Positions 35,328-43,038 of a stretch of 43,038 nt of DNA are shown here, piece after piece (within the stretch, counting starts at the first letter, position 1; every line of letters begins with the position of its first letter). The stretch is from a virus (Duplodnaviria; Caudoviricetes): positions 1 to 43,038 of IMG/VR virus record IMGVR_UViG_3300033485_000038; one strand, written 5' to 3'. Under the pieces are notes generated by a model that ran no database searches, was not told the DNA's origin, and saw nothing but the letters and a program-made list of their open reading frames with translations. The position numbers and the translations under genes were made by a program.

Positions 35328-36718
35328 AGCGCCTGATCGCTGCTCTCCTAATCTGTTCATCGTTCATTGGCATTGCAGCACACGGTGCTGGGATATGGCC
35401 AAACGGTGCAACCGAATCGACCGCCATAACCCTGACCACACCCGCCGATAATCAGAACATTACGTTCGGTGACACTGCCAACATAGACGCTGCTGGGCGA
35501 ATGCGACAAGCGGGCCCGTTCGGAGTGTTCGAGGATACGCGCACTGAGGATATCGGTGCGACAGTGTGGGAGGATATTGCCAGCGGTGTGGGTGCGACAA
35601 GTACGTGGAATTCGAACGAAGCCACCGTGACTCTAGGCGTCGGTACGGGTGCGACGGATTATCTGTATCGACAGTCACGTTATCTGCCGTACATTCCAGG
35701 TAAGAGCGTGCTGATCAAAATCACGTTCGTGCTCGGCAACTCGGTCACCAATACGACAAAACGTGTCGGCTATTTCGACGACAGCGACGGCATATTCTTG
35801 CAGCAGGCGGGCGCGACGACCTCAGCGTGTGTGCGCACATCGACATCGGGGTCTCCGGTAGACACATGCATCCCTCAAGCCAATTGGAATCTGGATCGCA
35901 TGGACGGCAGTTGCACGGCACTGCCGGTGTCCAAATGTATCGGCACATCCAATCCCAGCGGAATTCGGCTAGATACGACCAAGACACAATTGCTGGTAAT
36001 CGACTTCCTGTGGCAAGGTGTCGGTCGGGTCAGGCAGGGGCTCGATATCGGAGGCAAGATTCATTATTTCAACGAAGTATTGAACGCCAACGTCAAGCCT
36101 GTGCCGTACATGGCCACCGCCACACTACCTGTGCGTTTCGAGATACGCAACACAGGCGTATCTGCTGGGGATGCGACATTCAAGCAGATATGTGTATCTG
36201 TCGAGAGTGAGGGTGGCTTTGCACTGAAAGGTCTTGAGCTATCAATCAGCAACGGAATAACGACTCGCGCTGTGACAACTCGTGCACCGGTAATCGCAAT
36301 CAGACTCGCCAATACCTACAACGGAAAACCAAATCGCCGAACGCTACGAATACTCCACGTCATGACGCGTGCGGCAACTAACGATGCGTTCTGCGAATTA
36401 GTGCATATTCATGATCCAACCGCGACGGCGGGCGGCACATGGACAGCGTACCCCGCCGCGATCAGCGCCGTTGAATATAACGTCGGGATAACATCGGTCA
36501 CTGCCGCAACGCAGCACGTCGTCAATTCAGATTATGTCGTTACAGGTACAGGGCAGAGTGCGACTGCGACCGACACCTCTCTCGAATGGATGAATGCTCA
36601 TTCGTTATTGGTTCAAAACGCGGCATCAACACAATCGGAGATGTTCGTCGTCTATTGCACATCGTTCGCGTCTACGGCGAACGTCACCACTGAACTGAAT
36701 TGGGTCGAGGCCAAATAA
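35324..36718 (+). CDS. Signal-peptide protein with large beta-sandwich-like domain
   Basis: MKRLIAALLICSSFIGIAAHG signal; Y.PGKS...R.GYFD..DG.F...ID..W.GVGRVR. Confidence 0.8.
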   Translation: MKRLIAALLICSSFIGIAAHGAGIWPNGATESTAITLTTPADNQNITFGDTANIDAAGRMRQAGPFGVFEDTRTEDIGATVWEDIASGVGATSTWNSNEATVTLGVGTGATDYLYRQSRYLPYIPGKSVLIKITFVLGNSVTNTTKRVGYFDDSDGIFLQQAGATTSACVRTSTSGSPVDTCIPQANWNLDRMDGSCTALPVSKCIGTSNPSGIRLDTTKTQLLVIDFLWQGVGRVRQGLDIGGKIHYFNEVLNANVKPVPYMATATLPVRFEIRNTGVSAGDATFKQICVSVESEGGFALKGLELSISNGITTRAVTTRAPVIAIRLANTYNGKPNRRTLRILHVMTRAATNDAFCELVHIHDPTATAGGTWTAYPAAISAVEYNVGITSVTAATQHVVNSDYVVTGTGQSATATDTSLEWMNAHSLLVQNAASTQSEMFVVYCTSFASTANVTTELNWVEAK

Positions 36719-37146
36719 TGAACGCACTAGAGCGCATGCTAGATGACATCAAACCCCCTGCGAGCGAATCGGAATCAAACCACGCCATATTCGCAGTGGT
36801 CAGAGAAATGGCGCATACGCTCATCCAGTTCCGCAAGGATCTCACCGATCACATGAGAGACGAGCACCTCGCCACATCACAGATATTAGAGAGATTGAAC
36901 ACGGTTGATGATATCGTCAACTCGCTCCCCCTTGATGCGCGAGGCAAGCCTGATTATTTCAAGCATCGCACACACCATAGTCGCATCGATGATGACGTTT
37001 CGGCTGAACACATCATCAATCGCAAGTATCTGGGCATGCACTCCACCGAAATTCGTCAATATATCATCCTGGCAGTGATCGTCATGATTACATCCGGGCA
37101 TGGTGAACTCGTATTTCAACTGATCGCGAAGGCACTCAAATCATGA
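36718..37146 (+). CDS. Lysis-region protein with C-terminal TM helix
   Basis: TAATG overlap; YIILAVIVMIT; directly upstream of the endolysin. Confidence 0.7.
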   Translation: MNALERMLDDIKPPASESESNHAIFAVVREMAHTLIQFRKDLTDHMRDEHLATSQILERLNTVDDIVNSLPLDARGKPDYFKHRTHHSRIDDDVSAEHIINRKYLGMHSTEIRQYIILAVIVMITSGHGELVFQLIAKALKS

Positions 37147-37628
37147 TTGAACCGGACTGGATTGTCGCAGCACTCGAACAGGTTGGCACGAAAGAGATTC
37201 ACGGTGTGCAGCATGAACCTAAGATTCTGCAATGGTGGAAGCTGATCAAGCGTGGCGGCATCAAGAGTGATGAGACCCCCTGGTGTGCAGCTTTTGTCGG
37301 TGCAATGCTGGAAAAGGCCGGCATCGTCAGCTCGCGATTCGAGTCGGCCAAATCCTATCTGACGTGGGGTGAACCACTCAGTTCGCCGATATATGGATGC
37401 ATCGTCGTGTTTGACCGCGCCGGTGGAGGGCACGTTGGCTTCGTGGTTGGGCAGGATCATTTCTGCCGGCTGCTGGTGCTGGGCGGCAATCAGGGTGACA
37501 TGGTTAGCGTTCGCCCGTTCGACCGCGCTCGCGTCGCCGGATACCGCTGGCCATCGGGACACCCGTTCGACGCAGCACCGCTGCAGATAGTCAATAACGA
37601 TCTTCACAGCTCAATAAACGAGGCGTAA
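37143..37628 (+). CDS. Endolysin, TIGR02594-type Cys/His peptidase
   Basis: DETPWCAAFV, GGGHVGFV, LGGNQ. Confidence 0.85.
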   Translation: MIEPDWIVAALEQVGTKEIHGVQHEPKILQWWKLIKRGGIKSDETPWCAAFVGAMLEKAGIVSSRFESAKSYLTWGEPLSSPIYGCIVVFDRAGGGHVGFVVGQDHFCRLLVLGGNQGDMVSVRPFDRARVAGYRWPSGHPFDAAPLQIVNNDLHSSINEA

Positions 37629-37630
37629 TC

Positions 37631-37915
37631 ATGGAAAAATTCTTCACATTGAACATGCTGTGGTTCGCGTTGATCGCCACGGCAGGTGTCATCTGTCATG
37701 TCATCAAGAAGTGGTCGGACGGCGAAATCAAGGAATCTATCAATGCATGGTTCATCTGCAATCCGCGCTCGACCGTGGCGATGCTGCTGACCGTATACGG
37801 CTCACTTGTGCTGGCTGTAGCTGCTGGGCAGATAAACGATGTGAATGATCTCAACCAGGTCGCGCTCGTATTCACGTGGGCATTTGCTGGCAACAGTGCG
37901 GTGAACAAGCAATGA
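37631..37915 (+). CDS. Holin (putative, 2-3 TM helices)
   Basis: 94 aa, hydrophobic segments, between endolysin and spanins. Confidence 0.65.
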   Translation: MEKFFTLNMLWFALIATAGVICHVIKKWSDGEIKESINAWFICNPRSTVAMLLTVYGSLVLAVAAGQINDVNDLNQVALVFTWAFAGNSAVNKQ

Positions 37916-38247
37916 CACTCGCCGCGTGGTTGCCGCTCATTCGATTTGCATTCATCGTCGCCATCCTGCTCGGCTGCGGCACGATTGGTTGGAGACTGCA
38001 CGCTGCATACGCCGACCGTGCGGCCCTCCGTGTTCAGACGGCAGAAGTGGTTCGCGGCAACACGCAGAACGGGACTGACTCCGTGGATGCACAGGCGCAT
38101 GAGACGGTGCGCGAGGTGGTTCGATGGCGTGACCGTATCGTCCACGACCAAATTGCCGTTGCCGCAACTGACACGAGCTACTCATGCGCGCTGAAGCCTG
38201 CCGACATGATTCTGCTCAATCACGCCATCTCGGGAGACGCACCATGA
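37912..38247 (+). CDS. i-spanin (Rz-like)
   Basis: N-terminal TM, periplasmic helix, C-terminal Cys. Confidence 0.75.
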   Translation: MTLAAWLPLIRFAFIVAILLGCGTIGWRLHAAYADRAALRVQTAEVVRGNTQNGTDSVDAQAHETVREVVRWRDRIVHDQIAVAATDTSYSCALKPADMILLNHAISGDAP

Positions 38248-38495
38248 AAACGATCGCACTCATCGCACTGGTCGCACTGACCGGATGTGCCACACCGAAC
38301 GCAGCGGAACGTGTCGAACGTATGCCTCCGGCTGCGGCGATGGTTCATTCGATGCCATTATCAGCCCAAGAAGATCCGACACTGGGTGGTCTGTTCCGAG
38401 GGTATGCTGATGCCGCACGGCAATACCGTGGATGCGTCGATCGTCAGCGTGAATTGCAGGATTGGGTTGCCGGATCAAGTTGCGTTAAACGGTAG
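38244..38495 (+). CDS. o-spanin lipoprotein (Rz1-like)
   Basis: MKTIALIALVALTGC lipobox; Y..C..R...L..W. Confidence 0.8.
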   Translation: MKTIALIALVALTGCATPNAAERVERMPPAAAMVHSMPLSAQEDPTLGGLFRGYADAARQYRGCVDRQRELQDWVAGSSCVKR

Positions 38496-38533
38496 ATCGC
38501 CCGCTCCGTCATGTTATTGGGCGCGTCTGGGGT

Positions 38534-38716
38534 CTAATCTACGTTGTGCACCTTGCGTTTGTACTGCGAAATGTGCGCATGTTTGCAATTCATGCAGAAC
38601 TCAAGGCCAGAAGTCCCACATTGCCATGCAACATAATTTTTATGCCTGTCGCAATCCGTTTTCTTGCACTCCTCACCAGTTCTTTGTTTCGGGTAAAACT
38701 CATCATAGTTTTTCAT
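38534..38716 (-). CDS. Small Cys-rich hypothetical protein
   Basis: ATG 38716 with GGAG RBS supplied by the arm flanking the attC. Confidence 0.65.
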   Translation of the reverse strand: MKNYDEFYPKQRTGEECKKTDCDRHKNYVAWQCGTSGLEFCMNCKHAHISQYKRKVHNVD

Positions 38717-38732
38717 GTTGTCTCCAGTACGC

Positions 38733-38787
38733 GCATAACCCGTCAATCCAGCGGGACGCTTCGCACCCCTGATTTCATGCGTTATGC
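38733..38787 (+). other. Integron-type attC recombination site (55 bp)
   Basis: GCATAAC-5bp-AATCCAG...CTGATT-6bp-GTTATGC; complementary R boxes, extra C in L''. Confidence 0.75.
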
Positions 38788-38979
38788 GCGTACTGGAGGA
38801 TTCATAGGCCTCGGGCATGGAGTTTGCAAAACGCATCCTTCCGTCACCCGCAAATCAGGGTTCGGTCGGTTCAGGATGCACTCAGTCGTGCCAAACAGGC
38901 GGCGCGGCGCTGCTTGGTGCAGGCATTTTCCGTCTCTGAAACTGATACAGTTTTGGTTCGGTATCATCATGGTTCGCAT
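38782..38979 (-). CDS. Small Cys-rich hypothetical protein
   Basis: Stop TAA lies inside the attC R' box. Confidence 0.6.
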   Translation of the reverse strand: MRTMMIPNQNCISFRDGKCLHQAAPRRLFGTTECILNRPNPDLRVTEGCVLQTPCPRPMNPPVRA

Positions 38980-38996
38980 CCTATGGTTGAGTACGC

Positions 38997-39041
38997 GCCG
39001 AACACGGCGCTCTAGCGGGATAGCCTAAAGCGGCGGCCCCT
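38997..39041 (+). other. Truncated attC-like left half
   Basis: GCCGAAC-ACGGC-GCTCTAGC-GGGA aligns with the complete site; no L'/R'. Confidence 0.5.
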
Positions 39042-39095
39042 TCCGAGTAACGCAAGTCAGCATCGAACTCCACATTTCTGTGGCTAGCGTCCTGG

Positions 39096-39371
39096 TCACT
39101 CATGGGTGAATCCTACGGACAGTTGGCGCGCAAGTATTGCCGAATCTACATCGCGTGCCGATAGCCCTAGCGTAGTGCTCGACCCGAAGCAGTTGCCCAC
39201 GCTATCTACAAATCCCGCTGAGATGGGTTGACGACGTACGCGATGCCAGTTGCCGTGTGTATGATTCTTGATGCACGCGAGCATTTCCGCCATCGCATCG
39301 TGATCAACCGATATCGGAAACGTGAACACTTCTTCGATGCCGAAGGGGTCTTTCGTTGCAATGTACTTCAT
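39096..39371 (-). CDS. Hypothetical phage protein (H...PISAGF...C.G.S.TL)
   Basis: TGATG overlap; GGAG RBS. Confidence 0.75.
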   Translation of the reverse strand: MKYIATKDPFGIEEVFTFPISVDHDAMAEMLACIKNHTHGNWHRVRRQPISAGFVDSVGNCFGSSTTLGLSARDVDSAILARQLSVGFTHE

Positions 39372-39580
39372 CACGGCGTTCTCCGAGTAACGCAAGTCGG
39401 CCGATGTGGATAACCTACAAATGTGCCGCAGCATCCCCGTTCATGCGGGAGAATGTCGGCGAGATTCCACGTCGCGTGGTGGTCACACTTAAGGGTCGGC
39501 GCATACCGAAACATATAGCAGTGTCCGCCATCTGGTCGCGTCTTATGATGACACGTGTCGCAGTTGTTTATATTGACCAT
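39371..39580 (-). CDS. Small Cys/His-rich protein
   Basis: CDTC...GGHCYMFR...C. Confidence 0.6.
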   Translation of the reverse strand: MVNINNCDTCHHKTRPDGGHCYMFRYAPTLKCDHHATWNLADILPHERGCCGTFVGYPHRPTCVTRRTP

Positions 39581-39587
39581 GCCGTCA

Positions 39588-41702
39588 TTAGACCACAGCA
39601 TGGATGGGTACGTCAACCCCCACGTCGCGCAACAACGATTCGGCCTCCAGCACGTACCATTCGTAATCCACATCCTCGGGCATCGTATCGGGCAGGGTCA
39701 TCAGTGGGCGACAACCGTCAGTGCGCGGCACACGGTTCCCCGACCGTTGATACGACATGCACGCTTCCGACCCAGCACCGTAATACCAGCGCACCACTTT
39801 GCCCAAATACTCGCCCCCACCGGACGCACGTTCGTAGTGCTCGGCGTACAGTGCTCGCAGTTGATCATTTGTCAGGCCGTTCGCCGCCTCACCCAATTCT
39901 TGTCGCATGACGATCAGGGTTGCCTTGCGCGTTGGCACGCCCGTAGGGTGATATACGCCGCCACCGTCCACTGTGCGCACGTAGACAAACTGTCGGATGT
40001 CGGCGCACGCGCGAATCGTCTGTTCCAGCGGCACGCCGTCTCGCAGGTACGCCACAACCGCATCGACGCAGACTTGACCTGTCGGATTCGGCCATCCCGA
40101 CGCGCCTGGTTCAGGTGGCGCAAACGCGCCTTTGAGTTTCACCGAGCCGTTCGCTTCGATGGCCACGTAGGAATTCACGTCACGTGCCGCAAGCATTGAA
40201 AACTCAGTCGTCTCCATCACGAATCCGGTGACAGATTCCCACCACGTGATAACGCTGTCCGCAAGCCAATCCATGTCGCGCTCGGAATACAGTACCAGTC
40301 CGTCGGTATTTGCGGACACAACGGTCACGCCGACCAGCGTCAATGCTTCGATGAGCATGAACAGTGCCAGCTGACCTGTGATCGTGACATTGATGCCGCC
40401 CGACGGTGTGTAGAAGATGGAATACTTGGACAATAGCTTCCCAAACGTGCCGTTATTCAATGTTTTATACGTGTTGGCCTTCTTCTTCTGTTTGGCAATT
40501 TTCGCAGCATCGCGTGCGGACTTCCATCCTGCGTAATGATGGCAGAATACTGGTCCGATCTGTATCGGGAATATCCCCAGCCGGACAATCAGGCTCGGGT
40601 AGTACGCTGCAACGTCAGGCATCCGAATACTGCGCGAACCATCCGTGCGCCACGTGACTTTCGATTCGGTCGAATGCAGGCCGCCCGTCCCCATTGCATA
40701 TCCTGTGTCGCCGATAGTGATGATTTCGTGTCGCCAATCCTTCGGCTTCTTCATCCACTCACCGTGCGTGTCGAGACGAACCTGCTCGCTGCCCCAGTCA
40801 ATCAGATGGTTGTCGCGTGACGCGGACACACCACCCGAAGGATTGACGACGAACGGCATGCCCGTGGTTATTTCAAGCACTCGCTGCAATTGCGGAGTCT
40901 GAAATTTCAACCATTCGGGCGGCTCATAATAGAACTCAGTGCTGGGTGCGATGAATGGCACCTTGACTCGATTCGGCAGCAACGTCTTCATAACCGCCTC
41001 GGCCATCTGTGCATCTGATTTCGAGCGCAGATCCACGCCATACTCGTCCGACATCGTTTCGCGCAGTTCGATCTGCGTCTGAAACATTTTCCACAAATCA
41101 TGCGTGTCGTCCAGATCGACCGCGCAGTATTCGCGTAGCATGACGCGTTCGGGCCACCCGATAATCATGTTCGGCGGATACGGCAAGTCTTGTAGTTTAC
41201 GGCTGTGCATCTTACCTGCGTAAGCTTTCAGCGATGCTTGTCCTGGAGCGACTTCGATCATATCTACATGGTCAAGGCTAGTCGGCTCATTCAATCCGTA
41301 GGCTTGGTAGAACTGCCACGAACGCATCTGCTGGGTGATAATCGCGTCACTCGCGGCTTTGATCTGTTCGTTCGATACGCCCGTCATCGCATAACAGATC
41401 ATCAGCAGGTCATAGTTGATGCCGTTGAATGTCACCAACGTGTATCGGGTGAGCAGATTGCGCAGACCCACGATGTCGAGATCGTGCCCATCGAATTTCT
41501 GGAATGTGTGAATCTCACCGGTCAGCGGGTCAAGCGCCATCAGCAGCCAATAGTTGACGTAGCACTCGGTGTCTACGATCAACGGCGTGAGCTGGTGGCT
41601 ATGACTCATCTGGGCGTGCGTGCCGCAATACGGGCACTGCACGTGCGCGAGGTCGTACCCCGCATCACATTGTTCGCATATCAATCGGACAGCTTTGGTC
41701 AT
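39588..41702 (-). CDS. Family-B-type phage DNA polymerase with 3'-5' exonuclease
   Basis: Exo DTE, FNG..YD, Y...D; Pol DVAAYYPS, KTLNNGTFGK, NTDG; start ATG 41702 (ATGA overlap). Confidence 0.9.
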   Translation of the reverse strand: MTKAVRLICEQCDAGYDLAHVQCPYCGTHAQMSHSHQLTPLIVDTECYVNYWLLMALDPLTGEIHTFQKFDGHDLDIVGLRNLLTRYTLVTFNGINYDLLMICYAMTGVSNEQIKAASDAIITQQMRSWQFYQAYGLNEPTSLDHVDMIEVAPGQASLKAYAGKMHSRKLQDLPYPPNMIIGWPERVMLREYCAVDLDDTHDLWKMFQTQIELRETMSDEYGVDLRSKSDAQMAEAVMKTLLPNRVKVPFIAPSTEFYYEPPEWLKFQTPQLQRVLEITTGMPFVVNPSGGVSASRDNHLIDWGSEQVRLDTHGEWMKKPKDWRHEIITIGDTGYAMGTGGLHSTESKVTWRTDGSRSIRMPDVAAYYPSLIVRLGIFPIQIGPVFCHHYAGWKSARDAAKIAKQKKKANTYKTLNNGTFGKLLSKYSIFYTPSGGINVTITGQLALFMLIEALTLVGVTVVSANTDGLVLYSERDMDWLADSVITWWESVTGFVMETTEFSMLAARDVNSYVAIEANGSVKLKGAFAPPEPGASGWPNPTGQVCVDAVVAYLRDGVPLEQTIRACADIRQFVYVRTVDGGGVYHPTGVPTRKATLIVMRQELGEAANGLTNDQLRALYAEHYERASGGGEYLGKVVRWYYGAGSEACMSYQRSGNRVPRTDGCRPLMTLPDTMPEDVDYEWYVLEAESLLRDVGVDVPIHAVV

Positions 41703-42022
41703 TGTGGTTGTGCCCACGGGACGAGTACCATATCATATGCGTCGATGTGCCCCGACTCCCAGTCGCGACGCTCGTTAGTGGATATCAGCTCGTATACCCC
41801 ATCAGCACATTCGGACAAATTTATTATCGATGCGCATGCGTGTTCAGCACCGGTCGCAGCGATCTCCTCTTGAAGCATGTTGAAGCCGAAGCTCTTTCTG
41901 CGTAAAAATGTGAGACTCGTTCGGATATGCACGCCGCGCGAATCAGCCCATGTGCAGGTTGTCAGCCTCACCACACATCTGCTGACTTCGGCGGTGGTAG
42001 GTGTCATCACTAAGGCGCTCAT
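41699..42022 (-). CDS. Hypothetical phage protein (RDWESG.ID motif)
   Basis: TAATG overlap with the upstream gene. Confidence 0.75.
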   Translation of the reverse strand: MSALVMTPTTAEVSRCVVRLTTCTWADSRGVHIRTSLTFLRRKSFGFNMLQEEIAATGAEHACASIINLSECADGVYELISTNERRDWESGHIDAYDMVLVPWAQPQ

Positions 42023-42294
42023 TATTGTCGTTCCGACCCGTACAACAGCGTGAGTCCTGCGTCAGTTCGAATGATTGTGTCACCCCAATCTGCGTATACA
42101 CGCACGCCTTGAGCGTCTACGAACGCGATGCACCGTGAATTGCAGGGTTGGCATCCCTGCGGGCCATGTTCGGTTTCGTATTCGCCCCAACCGTCGCAAT
42201 CCGGACACTTAGGTTGTTCGCCAATGAACGCTAATACGTCTCGGACATTATCGGGATCGCACGTATAGGTGATGCTGCCCATCTCAACCTCCAT
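42022..42294 (-). CDS. Hypothetical protein with CxxC...CxxC zinc finger
   Basis: CPDCDGWG...CQPC. Confidence 0.65.
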   Translation of the reverse strand: MEVEMGSITYTCDPDNVRDVLAFIGEQPKCPDCDGWGEYETEHGPQGCQPCNSRCIAFVDAQGVRVYADWGDTIIRTDAGLTLLYGSERQ

Positions 42295-42343
42295 CCATAT
42301 ATCAAATAGAACGACGGCACTCTCGTACCGTCGTATGTGAGCG

Positions 42344-42733
42344 TTACTCCACGAGACGCAGATTCGGCGTCACAGATTCAGCGCACAGCACGAAGCCCTC
42401 CAGCGCAGCCAGATGACCCGGCTCGATAGAGATGTCACCGAGTTCCGCCAGCGACACAGGTTCAAATTCGAACGTGACCTCAGCATCCAGCAGTGCTGTC
42501 ACAGCCGCTTGGAATTCCGCCTTGCGGTCATCCGCGATGACGTATTGTTGCTCGTCCTCGCTCAATGTGCCGATCGTGCGGTACAGCGCGTGCTGATCGA
42601 ATTGGATACCCTTGATGACGCGGGCGATTTGACCCAGCAGTTTGCCGATACGATATGACACCTTGACCGGGAGTTTGATGTTGGCCAGCGCCATCAGCGA
42701 AGGTTGCATTACCATCAGTTCAGATTTTTTCAT
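42344..42733 (-). CDS. DUF1617-like phage protein
   Basis: LANIKLPVKVSYRI...LL..EV; AAGGAG RBS before ATG 42733. Confidence 0.65.
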   Translation of the reverse strand: MKKSELMVMQPSLMALANIKLPVKVSYRIGKLLGQIARVIKGIQFDQHALYRTIGTLSEDEQQYVIADDRKAEFQAAVTALLDAEVTFEFEPVSLAELGDISIEPGHLAALEGFVLCAESVTPNLRLVE

Positions 42734-42770
42734 TTTGATGCTCTCCTTAAATATGCTCGAATTGAGCGTT

Positions 42771-43038
42771 TCAAATTTCCACGTTGATGCTGCACTTCGC
42801 AGCAATCGCGATGAACATCTCTTTATTCAACACGTACCGCAACGCGTAGCCGTTCTGTTGCACAGCAGCGAGTGCGACCGCCTCGGTGACGTACTCGTGT
42901 GGCACGTACTGCAACGCGTCGCCGTTCTGTTGCACCGCAGCGAGTGCGACCGCCTCGGTGACGTACTCGTGTGGCACGTACTGCAACGCGTCGCCGTTCT
43001 GTTGCACCGCAGCGAGTGCGACCGCCTCGGTGACGTAC
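42771..43038 (-). CDS. DUF4116-like repeat protein, 5' end outside the window
   Basis: 24-aa repeats AVQQNGDALQYVPHEYVTEAVALA. Confidence 0.8.
   Translation of the reverse strand, partial: YVTEAVALAAVQQNGDALQYVPHEYVTEAVALAAVQQNGDALQYVPHEYVTEAVALAAVQQNGYALRYVLNKEMFIAIAAKCSINVEI
42849..43038. repeat. 72-bp coding tandem repeat (units start 42849, 42921, 42993)
   Basis: Read directly; nearly identical at DNA level. Confidence 0.95.

Larger units (their letters stand above)
1..43038. mobile_element. Partial genome of a myovirus-type bacteriophage (free phage or prophage not determinable)
   Basis: Terminase, portal, capsid, sheath, baseplate, fibre, lysis and DNA polymerase genes in canonical order; no host housekeeping genes. 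Confidence 0.97.

Noticed and set aside
39405-39413. Isolated DnaA box TGTGGATAA
   Set aside because: Single copy inside a coding region; plausibly chance
1-43038. Assignment as temperate or lytic
   Set aside because: No integrase or CI-like repressor recognised, but the genome is incomplete at both ends

Overview
The window is one continuous piece of a tailed dsDNA phage (Caudoviricetes, contractile-tail myovirus) of a Gram-negative host, as shown by its i-/o-spanin pair. It is cut at both ends inside tandem repeats. Layout from left to right: leftward small early genes driven by a duplicated promoter module (1-3030); terminase small subunit; an AT-rich DnaA-box/IHF region; accessory genes; terminase large subunit; a Q-like antiterminator with its late promoter; a complete head/tail module (DUF1073-type portal, gp7/MuF, NUDIX+DUF2213, decoration, DUF2184-type capsid, DUF3383-type sheath, tube, frameshifted tail chaperone, tape measure, baseplate, fibre); the lysis cassette; and a leftward block with a family-B DNA polymerase. 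No integrase, reverse transcriptase, CRISPR array or tRNA was recognised. The most unusual observations are five: (1) an integron-type attC site plus a half-site between small genes that run against the usual cassette orientation; (2) a ~65-aa Thr/Gly-rich module present eight times in three virion proteins, triply nested in two of them; (3) three signal-peptide-bearing proteins inside the virion module; (4) a candidate large structured RNA upstream of the late promoter; (5) a 136-bp promoter-terminator unit flanked by direct repeats. Family names come from motif recognition and gene order, not from database searches.
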